From: Terracidiphilus sp.
GTDB taxonomy: Bacteria; Acidobacteriota; Terriglobia; Terriglobales; Acidobacteriaceae
NCBI GenBank assembly: GCA_049518535.1
Contig: JBEKRS010000019.1
Span: 12,033 to 76,032 of the forward strand
Direction: 5' to 3'
Length of the DNA: 64,000 nucleotides
A model generated the notes under the pieces. The model was not told the DNA's origin, did no database searches, and saw only the letters and a list, made by a program, of their open reading frames with translations. Shown here piece after piece: positions 1 through 10,628 of this stretch. A program made the position numbers and the translations under genes. Numbering within the stretch: the stretch's first letter is position 1; each line of letters starts with the position of its first letter.

Positions 1-295
1 CGATCAACGCATCGATCTTGTTTGCCTTCAGGACCTCCTGGACCTTCTCGATGCCGCCGGGAATCTTCTTCACGTTGGTGCGCGAAGAGTGCAGGATGGT
101 GCCGCCCTTCAGCTGAATGCCGTCAATTGCCTCCAGAGTGAGGGGAATAAAATTGTTGTCCAGCACGCCGCGCCAGCCGTTGAGAAAGCCGATGAACTCA
201 TCGCCATAGTGGTTGATGCCCTTGCGCACAGCCGCGTAGATCACCGCATTCAGTCCGGGGCAGTCGCCGCCTCCGGTCAACAAAGCAACTCGCAT
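1..295 (-). CDS. pfkA: 6-phosphofructokinase, N-terminal part (runs off window edge)
   Basis: Manual translation of reverse strand: MRVALLTGGGDCPGLN...GGTILHSSRTN...KIDALI; start codon at 293-295; not in ORF track. Confidence 0.9.
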   Translation of the reverse strand, partial: MRVALLTGGGDCPGLNAVIYAAVRKGINHYGDEFIGFLNGWRGVLDNNFIPLTLEAIDGIQLKGGTILHSSRTNVKKIPGGIEKVQEVLKANKIDALI

Positions 296-499
296 CGTTA
301 CGTCTCCTGATAGAAGGCGCGGTCGCTTGGACCGAGCCGGAAATGAATCCCTGAGATGTGGGTCCAGAACGGAGAAATTGCCAGTCTCGACACCTCAATC
401 AGTTTACTCCGGCGCGGCAACCACTGAATCGTGACCGCGCTCACGTCCTTTCAAGCCGTAATCCCTTGTTGGGTTGAGGCGGGAATGATTCAATGAGAT

Positions 500-1159
500 A
501 TGCTTGGAACTGGAGCGCTTTTATTGCTGGCCTTCGCCAGCTTGGTCGTTATCGTATTGCTGGTCCTGCTGCAGTTGACACGGCTAGGATACCTGATCCG
601 CTCGACCATCCCCGACCGTCCGCGACGGCGCATGTTTATTGCCTCAGTCTCCTTCCTGTTTACGTTTGTGGGCGTCCGGATTCTGGTCCGGCTAATCATG
701 CACAACGAGGGGCCGTTCCAGTGGGTGATGGTGCATGGACGGCACATTCATCACCTCGTGTGGGGAATTTTGATCCTGTTGCTGGTCGGGTACGGCTGGC
801 TCATGGACCTCGGACGCTCCCACTCTCCGCTTTCCATTTTCCTTAGCCGGCTGATGTCGGTCAGCTACGGGGTGGGCGCAGCACTGACCCTGGACGAGTT
901 TTCGATTTGGCTGGATCTAGAGCCGAATGCGTACTGGTCGAGTAACGGACGGCTTTCGATCGACGCGATCATCTTATTTGGCAGTCTGCTGGCGGTGGGC
1001 GCGTGGGGCGCTCCGTTCTTCCGCGGCTTGGGACGTATGTGGGACAACCGCGCCCTGCTAGGCAAGGAGCTAGGCCGCGGCTTGACCTTTCCTATTCGCC
1101 GTGCGCGGTTGCTTCGTCCTCGTAAAGTGCGTCGATCACCGCCGCGTAGCGGCTTGTAA
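500..1159 (+). CDS. Hypothetical integral membrane protein
   Basis: 219 aa, several hydrophobic segments, HIHHLVWG and LTLDEF motifs; Arg-rich tail overlaps 3' end of the convergent ligase. Confidence 0.7.
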   Translation: MLGTGALLLLAFASLVVIVLLVLLQLTRLGYLIRSTIPDRPRRRMFIASVSFLFTFVGVRILVRLIMHNEGPFQWVMVHGRHIHHLVWGILILLLVGYGWLMDLGRSHSPLSIFLSRLMSVSYGVGAALTLDEFSIWLDLEPNAYWSSNGRLSIDAIILFGSLLAVGAWGAPFFRGLGRMWDNRALLGKELGRGLTFPIRRARLLRPRKVRRSPPRSGL

Positions 1160-2894
1160 TCACGCGCCGCATGAGCTTCATCGAAGGCGTCAGCTCACCG
1201 GACTCCTGCGACCACTCATCCGCCACCACGCGAAAACGCTTGAGGCTCTCAAAGTTGGCCAAGCTGCCGTTCACTTCCCGAACGATCTCTCCATAAAGTG
1301 CAACCACGCGGCTGTCGGCCACCAGTTCGGAGCGGGATTTCGCCTCGATGCTATGATCTCTGGCCCATTGTTCCAGCGCGGCAAAGTTGGGCGAGACTAG
1401 CGCCGAGATGAACTTGTGCTTGTCGCCGACCAGCGCGGCCTGTGCTACCAGGAGATTGTTCTTAAGCTTGTTCTCGATCGGCTGGGGCGCCACCAGCTTG
1501 CCTCCCGAAGTCTTCAGCAGTTCTTTCTTTCGGTCGGTGATGTAGAGAAAGCCGTCTTTGTCTAAGTGGGCGATGTCGCCGGTGCGGAACCAACCTTCCT
1601 GGTCGATACATTCAGCTGTTGCTTGCGGCTTGTGCCAATAGCCGGAAAAGACCGACGCTCCGCGGACCAGCAACTCGCCGTCGGCGGCCAGTTTCAGTTC
1701 GACATTGGGAAGAGGCATGCCCGCGGAACCCATGCGATGAGTGAGAGGAGTGTTCAGAGAGATGACCGGTGAGGTCTCGGTCAGCCCATAACCCTCCCAG
1801 AGCGCGATCCCCGCCGAGGCAAACCATTTTGCAGTATCGATACCCAATGGCGCTCCGCCGGAGACAAATATTCGCACCCGTCCGCCGAACGCTTCGCGCA
1901 CCTTCGAGTAAACCAGCTTGCTGGCCAGCTTCCACAGCACTGAAGAAGGCTGGCGGCCATCATAGACAGTATCGCAGTGTCCGGCGCCCAGACGCACGGC
2001 CCAACCGAGCAGCCGTTTCTTCACTGGCGAGAGTCCGGCGCGGCGCTCCGCTTCCTGGCGAATCTTCTCGTAGACGCGCGGCACAGCCACAAAGACTGTG
2101 GGCCGGATCTCGCGCATGGCCTCGGGCAGTTTGTCGAACTTCGAACAATAGGCTACCTGCACACCGTACGAATACATTACGTAGTCCAGCGCTCGTGCCG
2201 TGACGTGCGAGAGCGGCAAGAAGGAGATCAAAGCATCCGCAGGGCTGAAGTTGAAATCGGCGGCGGCGATGTTTTGGTTCGCGGCAATGTTGCCGTGAGT
2301 GAGCGCCACGCCTTTGGGCTCGCCGGTGGTTCCAGAGGTGTAGATCAGCGTGGCCAGGTCTTTGGGCCCGACGGAGCGCGCAAGGGCGTCGAAGACTGGG
2401 TCTCGTTCGGCGCCGCGATCATCGGCTCCGGCCAGCAACGCGCTGAAGGTGACAGCACCTTCAGGCGGCGCGGCCGAGTCCATGATCAAGATCCGATCGA
2501 GTTGGGTCTGGCCGCGGACGGCATTCAGCTTATCGAATTGCTGGCGCGTGGAAACCACGGCAATCCGGCAGCCTGCGTCCTGAACCAGCACGGCGATCTG
2601 CTCGCCGGTGAGCGTGGGGTAGATGGGCACGTCCACCGCGCCGATGGCCAACGTGGCAAAATCCGCAATGGCCCACTCCCAGCGGTTCTCGGCGATCAGA
2701 GCGATTCGGTCGCCCTTTTTTGCCCCCCAGCCGAGAAATGCCTCGGCAAGCGCTCGGACCCGCTGATATATCTGGTCCGAGGAAACGGGTTGCCATTGGC
2801 CAAACTCATCCTGCCAAAGGATGGCTCGGGGGTTGGCTGCCGCAGCTACGCGGCCAAACAGGTCATTGAGAGTGGTAAGCGATCCGATAGTCAT
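1092..2894 (-). CDS. Long-chain fatty acid-CoA ligase (AMP-binding)
   Basis: YTSGTTGEPKG, EGYGLTETSP, GWFRTGD motifs; 600 aa. Confidence 0.9.
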   Translation of the reverse strand: MTIGSLTTLNDLFGRVAAAANPRAILWQDEFGQWQPVSSDQIYQRVRALAEAFLGWGAKKGDRIALIAENRWEWAIADFATLAIGAVDVPIYPTLTGEQIAVLVQDAGCRIAVVSTRQQFDKLNAVRGQTQLDRILIMDSAAPPEGAVTFSALLAGADDRGAERDPVFDALARSVGPKDLATLIYTSGTTGEPKGVALTHGNIAANQNIAAADFNFSPADALISFLPLSHVTARALDYVMYSYGVQVAYCSKFDKLPEAMREIRPTVFVAVPRVYEKIRQEAERRAGLSPVKKRLLGWAVRLGAGHCDTVYDGRQPSSVLWKLASKLVYSKVREAFGGRVRIFVSGGAPLGIDTAKWFASAGIALWEGYGLTETSPVISLNTPLTHRMGSAGMPLPNVELKLAADGELLVRGASVFSGYWHKPQATAECIDQEGWFRTGDIAHLDKDGFLYITDRKKELLKTSGGKLVAPQPIENKLKNNLLVAQAALVGDKHKFISALVSPNFAALEQWARDHSIEAKSRSELVADSRVVALYGEIVREVNGSLANFESLKRFRVVADEWSQESGELTPSMKLMRRVITSRYAAVIDALYEDEATAHGE

Positions 2895-3107
2895 TTTGAT
2901 TTCAATGGGGACGCGAACAATACTGTGTCGCTATCATTTCGAGAGTGTATCAGCGCGCAGGCACTTCGGCGAAGCAATAAGTCCACAGACTACCGGCCGC
3001 CTGCCCGTCTCCACATGAAGCCGGTCCTCATTCAGCGCCACAATGCCCATGTTAAGATGAGCAGGCGTTGGGGCTTTCCCTCCGATGCGGCACTTATCAA
3101 CGACTAG

Positions 3108-4313
3108 ATGAGCGGAATAGCTTCTATGCAATCCCCAACAAAGGCAGCAGGCCGATTTTATCGTCCAGAACTGGACGTTGTTCGCTTCGTGGCGTTCTTT
3201 TTTGTGTTTCTCCTCCACACCCTGCCTTCGAGTCACGATCCTCGCGTTGCTCGTCTGTTGCGAGGTTTCGGCCCGGCCTTCGACGCCGTCTCCGATGCAT
3301 GCGGATTCGGCCTCTGCCTTTTCTTTGCCCTGAGCGCCTTTCTGATTTGCGAGTTGCTGCTTCGCGAGCGCGAGACCACCGGTACAGTCGCGGTTAAACA
3401 GTTTTATATTCGCCGCATACTCAGAATTTGGCCACTCTATTACCTTGGTATCGCCTTAGGCGTCGCCTACGCCTTGCTACCGAGCGGCGATTCCACACAA
3501 GTTACCAAGATGGGTTGGTTTGCAGTGTTTTTGGGCGCCTGGTATTTAGCAACTCAAGGAGGGTTCAAAAATCCCGCGATTATATTGTGGAGCGTCTCTG
3601 TTGAGGAGCAATTTTACCTGTTCGCGCCTTGGATGATTAAGTACCTGACTCGACGTTCGCTTTACGGTTTCTGTCTGGCGTTGATTTTGTTTGCTAATTT
3701 CTGGCTCTTCTATTTGGGTAGGGTGCGAGCGCCGCATATTGCCGTTTGGTGTAACTCGTTTGCACAGTTTGAGTGCTTTGCTGGCGGCATCCTGTTATGC
3801 CTTCTGCTGCGCGGAAGGTTGCCCACGCTCTCTATCTGGCGACGAGGTGTGCTGCTGACGCTCGGCTTTGCCTGTTGGTTCTACGCCTGCTATGGATTGC
3901 ACGCCTTCTTCCTCAAGGCCGGGACACGCAATCCCGGCAGTTGGTCGCTGATCGGCGGTTGGGCCTTGGCTGTGCTGGGCTGCGTATTGATGCTTCTGGC
4001 TTTCCTGGGCGTGAAAACGACGCTTTTGCCAGGATGGGCGGTTTATCTTGGACGCATTTCATACGGTCTCTACGTCTTTCATGTCTTCGTGATCTTCCTG
4101 ACCGATCACCTGATCATTCAGCCCGTAGCCAGCCTAAACAACCCCGTTGTCAACCGGTTCAAAGGGCTGATTTACATCCTGAATCTGGTCCTTACCCTGG
4201 GACTGACTATTCTCCTTGCGGCGCTCTCTTATCGTTATTTTGAGACACCCTTTCTCAGAATGAAGAAGCGGCATGCGGTGATTGAGAGCCAGCCGATCGA
4301 GGACGCTGGTTGA
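3108..4313 (+). CDS. Membrane acyltransferase, family 3 (OafA-like)
   Basis: PELDVVRF, FYIRRILRIWPLY, WSVSVEEQFY, GRISYGLYVFH, SYRYFETP. Confidence 0.9.
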   Translation: MSGIASMQSPTKAAGRFYRPELDVVRFVAFFFVFLLHTLPSSHDPRVARLLRGFGPAFDAVSDACGFGLCLFFALSAFLICELLLRERETTGTVAVKQFYIRRILRIWPLYYLGIALGVAYALLPSGDSTQVTKMGWFAVFLGAWYLATQGGFKNPAIILWSVSVEEQFYLFAPWMIKYLTRRSLYGFCLALILFANFWLFYLGRVRAPHIAVWCNSFAQFECFAGGILLCLLLRGRLPTLSIWRRGVLLTLGFACWFYACYGLHAFFLKAGTRNPGSWSLIGGWALAVLGCVLMLLAFLGVKTTLLPGWAVYLGRISYGLYVFHVFVIFLTDHLIIQPVASLNNPVVNRFKGLIYILNLVLTLGLTILLAALSYRYFETPFLRMKKRHAVIESQPIEDAG

Positions 4314-4374
4314 TCATTTCTATGGCGAGACGAAGCGAGCTCGCACATTGGACAGGGGCACAGCCAGTTCGACG

Positions 4375-4412
4375 CTTGCATACTTATGCATCTCAATGTA
4401 TATTTATACGGG
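4375..4412 (+). promoter_or_regulatory. Tandem ARG boxes overlapping a putative sigma70 promoter of the arg operon
   Basis: TGCAT-ACTT-ATGCA (4377-4390, perfect palindrome) and TGTAT-ATTT-ATACG (4397-4410); TTGCAT 4376-4381, 17 nt spacer, TATATT 4399-4404. Confidence 0.8.
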
Positions 4413-4463
4413 TGCGCTTGCTCCATTGCGAGCCGCGCAGTTCATCTCTTCAGAGAAGAGCTG

Positions 4464-4913
4464 ATGAAGACATTACGACACAATGCAATTCGCGAACTGG
4501 TGACCGGCTCTCTGGTGAACAACCAGGACGAGTTGCGCCGCAAGCTGCGCCGCCGTGGCTTTGCGGTCACTCAAGCTACGCTCTCGCGCGATATTCACGA
4601 ATTACGCCTCTCGAAGGGCCCTGGTGGCTACACATTGTCGAATGGCACGGGCTCGGAGGCCGAGGACAATAGCCCGCCCTCGCTGGCGGAGATGCTGGAA
4701 GGCTTTGGCCTGCGTGTGCGGCAGGCGATGAACCAGGTGGTGGTGGCCACAGTGACGGGAGGAGCCCAGCCGTTGGCCGCCGCTCTGGATCATGAAGGTT
4801 GGACCGAGGTTGTGGGTACACTGGCTGGCGACGATACGGTACTGGTGATCTGCCCTGACGTTCGCCGGGCAAGCGAAGTGGAATCGCGGTTAAGGACGAT
4901 GTTGGAATCATGA
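4464..4913 (+). CDS. argR: Arginine repressor
   Basis: VTQATLSRDI and GTLAGDDTVLVI motifs; ATG 4464 preferred over the longer track start. Confidence 0.95.
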   Translation: MKTLRHNAIRELVTGSLVNNQDELRRKLRRRGFAVTQATLSRDIHELRLSKGPGGYTLSNGTGSEAEDNSPPSLAEMLEGFGLRVRQAMNQVVVATVTGGAQPLAAALDHEGWTEVVGTLAGDDTVLVICPDVRRASEVESRLRTMLES

Positions 4914-5977
4914 CCGATACGGTGCAAACGGCAGTAGTGGGAGTTACAGGGTACGCGGGTGCCGAATTGGCCAGGCTGCTGTTGCGGCACCCTCGTCTCA
5001 AAGGCAAACCTCCGATCTTCGCGGGGCGCGTGGACTATAGTGACGCGGCACGGGGCGGAGTGCCTCTGAGCGAGATTCACCCGGAACTGGCCGATAGTAG
5101 CGGCCACGGAGCTTTGAGGCAGCAACCATTCTCGTGGGAGTTGCTCAACGATCTTGATGTCGATGTTCTTTTTCTCGCCACGCCGCACGAGCAATCGCAC
5201 GAGTGGGTTCCCAAAGCGCTTGAGCGCGGACTGCGCGTCATCGACCTGAGCGGAGCGTGGCGGCTCACCGATGCGGCCAACCGCGCCGTCTACGCCTTCG
5301 ATGATGACGGCACGGAACTGGCTGCGGCAACGCAGGGGAGGGCTGTTTACGGAATGCCTGAGTTGCATCGCTCCCAGATTGCCGGCGCGCGCCTCATCGC
5401 CAATCCCGGATGCTATGCGACTTCGATCATCCTGGCGCTCAAGCCGCTGGTTGCTGCGGGACTGGTTGATATCGAGCGCGGCATCGTCGCGGACGCCAAG
5501 AGCGGCGTGAGTGGCGCGGGCAAGGCGCCCACTGCGAAGACACATTTCATGTATGCAGCCGACAACCTCTCCGCCTATGGCGCTTTCACCCATCGCCACA
5601 CCGGCGAGTTGTTGGAGCAGATCGGCATCGACGCGAGCGAGATCATTTTTACCCCGCACCTGCTGCCGATTCCGCGTGGAATCCTCTCCACCATTTACGT
5701 GCATTTCCGCGAAGCGCAGACGAGAGAGAGTGTGGCACATGTTTATCGCGAGTTTTTCACAGGCAGTTCAATGGTTCGGCTCTACGATAAGACATTGCCG
5801 CAGATTCAATACTCAGTTCGTACCTGCTATGCGGACATCGGCTTCCAACTCTCGGCTGATGGCCGGCGCGCGGTCGTGGTCAGTTGCCTCGATAACTTGT
5901 TGAAAGGCGCCTCTGGCCAGGCCGTGCAGAATCTCAATGTAATGCTCGGCTGGCCGGAATCGGAAGGTCTCGAATAA
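4910..5977 (+). CDS. argC: N-acetyl-gamma-glutamyl-phosphate reductase
   Basis: GVTGYAG, IANPGCYATS, SGVSGAG, DNLLKGASGQAVQN. Confidence 0.95.
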   Translation: MTDTVQTAVVGVTGYAGAELARLLLRHPRLKGKPPIFAGRVDYSDAARGGVPLSEIHPELADSSGHGALRQQPFSWELLNDLDVDVLFLATPHEQSHEWVPKALERGLRVIDLSGAWRLTDAANRAVYAFDDDGTELAAATQGRAVYGMPELHRSQIAGARLIANPGCYATSIILALKPLVAAGLVDIERGIVADAKSGVSGAGKAPTAKTHFMYAADNLSAYGAFTHRHTGELLEQIGIDASEIIFTPHLLPIPRGILSTIYVHFREAQTRESVAHVYREFFTGSSMVRLYDKTLPQIQYSVRTCYADIGFQLSADGRRAVVVSCLDNLLKGASGQAVQNLNVMLGWPESEGLE

Positions 5978-5999
5978 AACTAGCCACGGAGGGCTCTGA

Positions 6000-6782
6000 A
6001 TGAAGTACGTCGTCAAATTGGGCGGAGCCGGCCTTGAATCTCCGGCGCTGCTGGAAGGATGCACACGAGCCATTGCCGATCTTGTGCGCGATGGTCATCA
6101 AGTGGCCGTGGTTCACGGTGGCGGCGCGCAGTTGACGCGGATGTTGAAGGCTCTGGGCAAGCAAAGCGAGTTTATTGGCGGATTGAGGGTCACTGACGCG
6201 GAAACCCGCGATGTGGCGCTGATGGTACTGGCAGGAAAAGTGAACAAGGGATTGGTAGCCGCTTTGGGAGCGCTCGGCCTTCCCGCGGTCGGCCTCTCAG
6301 GCGGCGACGGGTTGCTCTTCCGCGCGCGCAAGAAACGCACGGAGCCGGATCTGGGTTTCGTGGGCGAGATTGTCTCAAGCGATCCGCGCTGGCTTGACGC
6401 AATTTGGAATTTAAACGGCGTGCCGGTACTCTCGTCGATGGCTCTCGGCTTCGACGGCGAATACTACAACGTAAATGCGGATGAGATGGCCGCATCTTGC
6501 GCAATAGCATGTCGCGCCGATGCGTTGGTCTTTCTCACCGATGTGCCCGGCGTCAAGGGCTCGAACGGCGCGGTGCTGCGATGGCTGTCCATCGATCAAA
6601 TCGCGGAGATGGCCAAGAGCGCCGTCATCTCCGGCGGAATGTTGCCCAAGCTGGGTGCCTGCCGCGAGGCTCTGTTGAACGGCGTCAAGCGCGTTAGAAT
6701 TCTGCCCGCAGAAGCTGCCGGATCGCTTCCCGATCTGTGCAGTTCCCGCGTAGCCCACGGTACCGAAGTGATGGTGGCCTGA
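6000..6782 (+). CDS. argB: Acetylglutamate kinase
   Basis: VVKLGG, VVHGGG, GLRVTD, NVNAD, GGMLPK. Confidence 0.95.
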   Translation: MKYVVKLGGAGLESPALLEGCTRAIADLVRDGHQVAVVHGGGAQLTRMLKALGKQSEFIGGLRVTDAETRDVALMVLAGKVNKGLVAALGALGLPAVGLSGGDGLLFRARKKRTEPDLGFVGEIVSSDPRWLDAIWNLNGVPVLSSMALGFDGEYYNVNADEMAASCAIACRADALVFLTDVPGVKGSNGAVLRWLSIDQIAEMAKSAVISGGMLPKLGACREALLNGVKRVRILPAEAAGSLPDLCSSRVAHGTEVMVA

Positions 6783-6788
6783 GGAGAA

Positions 6789-8039
6789 ATGGACTTGAAG
6801 AAACTCGATCAAATTCGCGCCGCAGAAGACCGACTTTTGCTTTCCACCTACGACCGCAACCCCATCCTCTTTGTGCGCGGCGAGGGCGTTTACATCATCG
6901 ATGAACAGGGGGAGCGCTATCTCGACCTGTTGAGCGGCATCGGCGTCAACGCGCTCGGCTATGGCCATCCGGCAATCGAAGAGGCCATCGCAAAGCAGAG
7001 TCGTGCGCTTATTCACACCTCAAACCTCTACTATCACGAGGGCCAGGCGGAGCTTGCGCTACTCCTCACAGAGCGCACAGGCCTGGACCGCGTCTTCTTC
7101 GCCAACACCGGCACCGAAGCCTGGGAGGGCGCACTCAAACTCGCACGCGCACACGCTGGCTTGTTGCGCAGCGGAGGCAAGCAGATAGGAACAAAATTTC
7201 TTGCGTTGGAGCAGAGCTTTCACGGCCGCACCTACGGCTCAATGTCCACGACACACAAAGCCAAGTACCGCGAGCCCTTCAACCCGGTTGTTCCCGGCGT
7301 CGAGTTTGTCCGCTTCAACGATGTCGCCGACCTGCGCGCCAAGTTTTCCAACGAAGTTTGCGCCATCCTGATCGAGGCCATTCAAGGTGAAGGCGGCGTG
7401 CGTCCTCTCACGCAGGAGTTTCTTGTCGAGGCACGCGCGCTGGCCAACTCGACGGGAGCTTTGTTGATCGCTGATGAGATTCAATGCGGCATGGGCCGCA
7501 CAGGCAAATGGTGCGCCTACCAGCATTACGGCGTTCAACCCGATGTCACCACGCTGGCCAAACCTCTTGCCGGCGGCATTCCCATCGGCGCTGTGCTTTG
7601 CACGGAAGAAGCCGCGCGAGCCATCCATGCTGGCATGCACGGCACCACTTTCGGTGGAGGTCCGCTGGCTTGCGCCGTAGCCATCGCCGTCATCGATACG
7701 ATCGAAAAGAACAATCTGCTGGCTCATGCAGCCGAGGTGGGCAGCTACTTCCTGGCGCAACTCCGCGCGCTCGCCCTGCGCCACTCAGCAATCGTCGACG
7801 TGCGCGGTAAAGGCTTGATGGTTGCAGCCGAACTCGACTCCGCTGATCTGGCAAAGCTCACTGTCGCCGAGATGCTTAAGCAACACATCCTCATCAACTG
7901 CACCAGCGACACGGTCCTGCGCTTTCTGCCACCCTATATTCTGGAACGCGCCCATGTGGACACCGCCATTGCGGCGCTGGACGAAATCCTCACCAACCAT
8001 GCCGTAGCCCACACCGTAGGAGGACAAAGCCGTGGCTAG
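6789..8039 (+). CDS. argD: Acetylornithine aminotransferase
   Basis: FHGRT, IQGEGG, DEIQCGMGRTG, TLAKPLAGG (PLP lysine); operon context. Confidence 0.93.
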   Translation: MDLKKLDQIRAAEDRLLLSTYDRNPILFVRGEGVYIIDEQGERYLDLLSGIGVNALGYGHPAIEEAIAKQSRALIHTSNLYYHEGQAELALLLTERTGLDRVFFANTGTEAWEGALKLARAHAGLLRSGGKQIGTKFLALEQSFHGRTYGSMSTTHKAKYREPFNPVVPGVEFVRFNDVADLRAKFSNEVCAILIEAIQGEGGVRPLTQEFLVEARALANSTGALLIADEIQCGMGRTGKWCAYQHYGVQPDVTTLAKPLAGGIPIGAVLCTEEAARAIHAGMHGTTFGGGPLACAVAIAVIDTIEKNNLLAHAAEVGSYFLAQLRALALRHSAIVDVRGKGLMVAAELDSADLAKLTVAEMLKQHILINCTSDTVLRFLPPYILERAHVDTAIAALDEILTNHAVAHTVGGQSRG

Positions 8040-9075
8040 CAAAGCAACCCTTGAACCGCGGGCGTCCACGATTCCCGTTGAGAAAGACCCCGACATTCTG
8101 GCCGCGGCCACACGCCTGGCCGGTGAGGACATGTGCTCCATCGCCGATCTGTCCAGTGCCGAAGTGCGCGCCATCCTCAAGCTCGGCCACGACGTGAAGC
8201 GCAATCCTCGCGAGTACCGCCATGCGCTCGATGCCAAACAAATGGTACTGATGTTCGAGAAAGCCAGCCTGCGCACGCGTCTCAGCTTCGAGACGGGCAT
8301 CAACACCATGGGCGGCAACGCGATCTTTGTCGATCAGACCAACTCGCCCCTGGGCGAGCGAGAATCCATTGCCGACGTGGCGCGCAACGTCGAGCGTTGG
8401 GTCGACGTGATCGTGCTGCGCACCTATGCGCACGACACTATCACTGAAATGGCCGCTAACTCGCGCGTGCCGGTCATCAACGCGCTCTCCGACTTTGAGC
8501 ATCCCTGTCAGGCTCTGGCCGATTTCATGACTCTTGATGAGCATTTCGGCGCAGCCGCCGGACTCAACTTTACCTATGTCGGCGACGGCAACAATGTCTG
8601 TCACTCGCTGATGCTCACCGGCGCGCAACTGGGCGTCAACGTCACCGTAGCCACACCTCGCGGCTATTCGCCGGACATCGAGATTGTTACCCTTGCGCGC
8701 GAGATAGCCCAGGCCAACAGCTGCGAAATCCGCTTGCTGCAAGACCCGCAAGCCGCTGTCGAGGGTGCGGACGCGGTTTATACGGATGTGTGTGTGAGCA
8801 TGGGCTTCGAGCACGAATCCACCAAACGTGAACCCATCTTCCGGCCCTTCCAGGTGAATGAAGCGCTGATGCAAAAAGCTCCGTCCCATGCGGTTTTCAT
8901 GCACTGCCTGCCCGCACGCCGCAATGCAGAGGTTACCGACGCCGTACTCGACGGCCCACAATCCATCGCCTTCGATCAAGCGGAAAATCGCTTGCATGCG
9001 CAGAAAGCATTGCTGCTGTTGCTGCTGGGCGGCTTGGCAAATACGGCCAGCTTTCAGCTAACAGCAAACAGCTGA
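8032..9075 (+). CDS. argF: Ornithine carbamoyltransferase
   Basis: EKASLRTR, HPCQ, GDGNNV, SMG loop, MHCLP, QAENRLH. Confidence 0.92.
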   Translation: MASKATLEPRASTIPVEKDPDILAAATRLAGEDMCSIADLSSAEVRAILKLGHDVKRNPREYRHALDAKQMVLMFEKASLRTRLSFETGINTMGGNAIFVDQTNSPLGERESIADVARNVERWVDVIVLRTYAHDTITEMAANSRVPVINALSDFEHPCQALADFMTLDEHFGAAAGLNFTYVGDGNNVCHSLMLTGAQLGVNVTVATPRGYSPDIEIVTLAREIAQANSCEIRLLQDPQAAVEGADAVYTDVCVSMGFEHESTKREPIFRPFQVNEALMQKAPSHAVFMHCLPARRNAEVTDAVLDGPQSIAFDQAENRLHAQKALLLLLLGGLANTASFQLTANS

Positions 9076-9125
9076 CAGTCGCCGATCAAAGTTAACGGAA
9101 ATCCAAAATAACTGTTTGCTGTTAG
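9048..9125. repeat. CAGC-N3 heptamer array with 14-bp perfect inverted repeat
   Basis: cagcttt cagctaa cagcaaa cagctga; CTAACAGCAAACAG 9058-9071 is the reverse complement of CTGTTTGCTGTTAG 9112-9125. Confidence 0.75.
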
Positions 9126-9145
9126 TAACAGTTTCAAGAGAAATC

Positions 9146-9208
9146 ATGGCAAAGAAAGTCGCACCGGCAAATTCCAGAGGCCTCGAAACCTCCATCATCA
9201 TTTCGTAG
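9146..9208 (+). pseudogene. Degenerate 20-codon relic of a canonical short-type argG N-terminus
   Basis: Translates MAKKVAPANSRGLETSIIIS*, matching the canonical ArgG start KKVVLAYSGGLDTSII; lies where argG is expected. Confidence 0.7.
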
Positions 9209-9222
9209 CCAATCGTCTCTAG

Positions 9223-10596
<1,374 letters not shown>

Positions 10597-10628
10597 GGCA
10601 AGGAAAAGCATGAGGTACGCTTAAAGTA

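Noticed and set aside
1977-3107. Long antisense ORFs (e.g. 1977-3107, 4790-5740, 7990-8997, 59018-59977)
   Set aside because: Shadow frames opposite well-supported genes, expected at high GC; no motifs.
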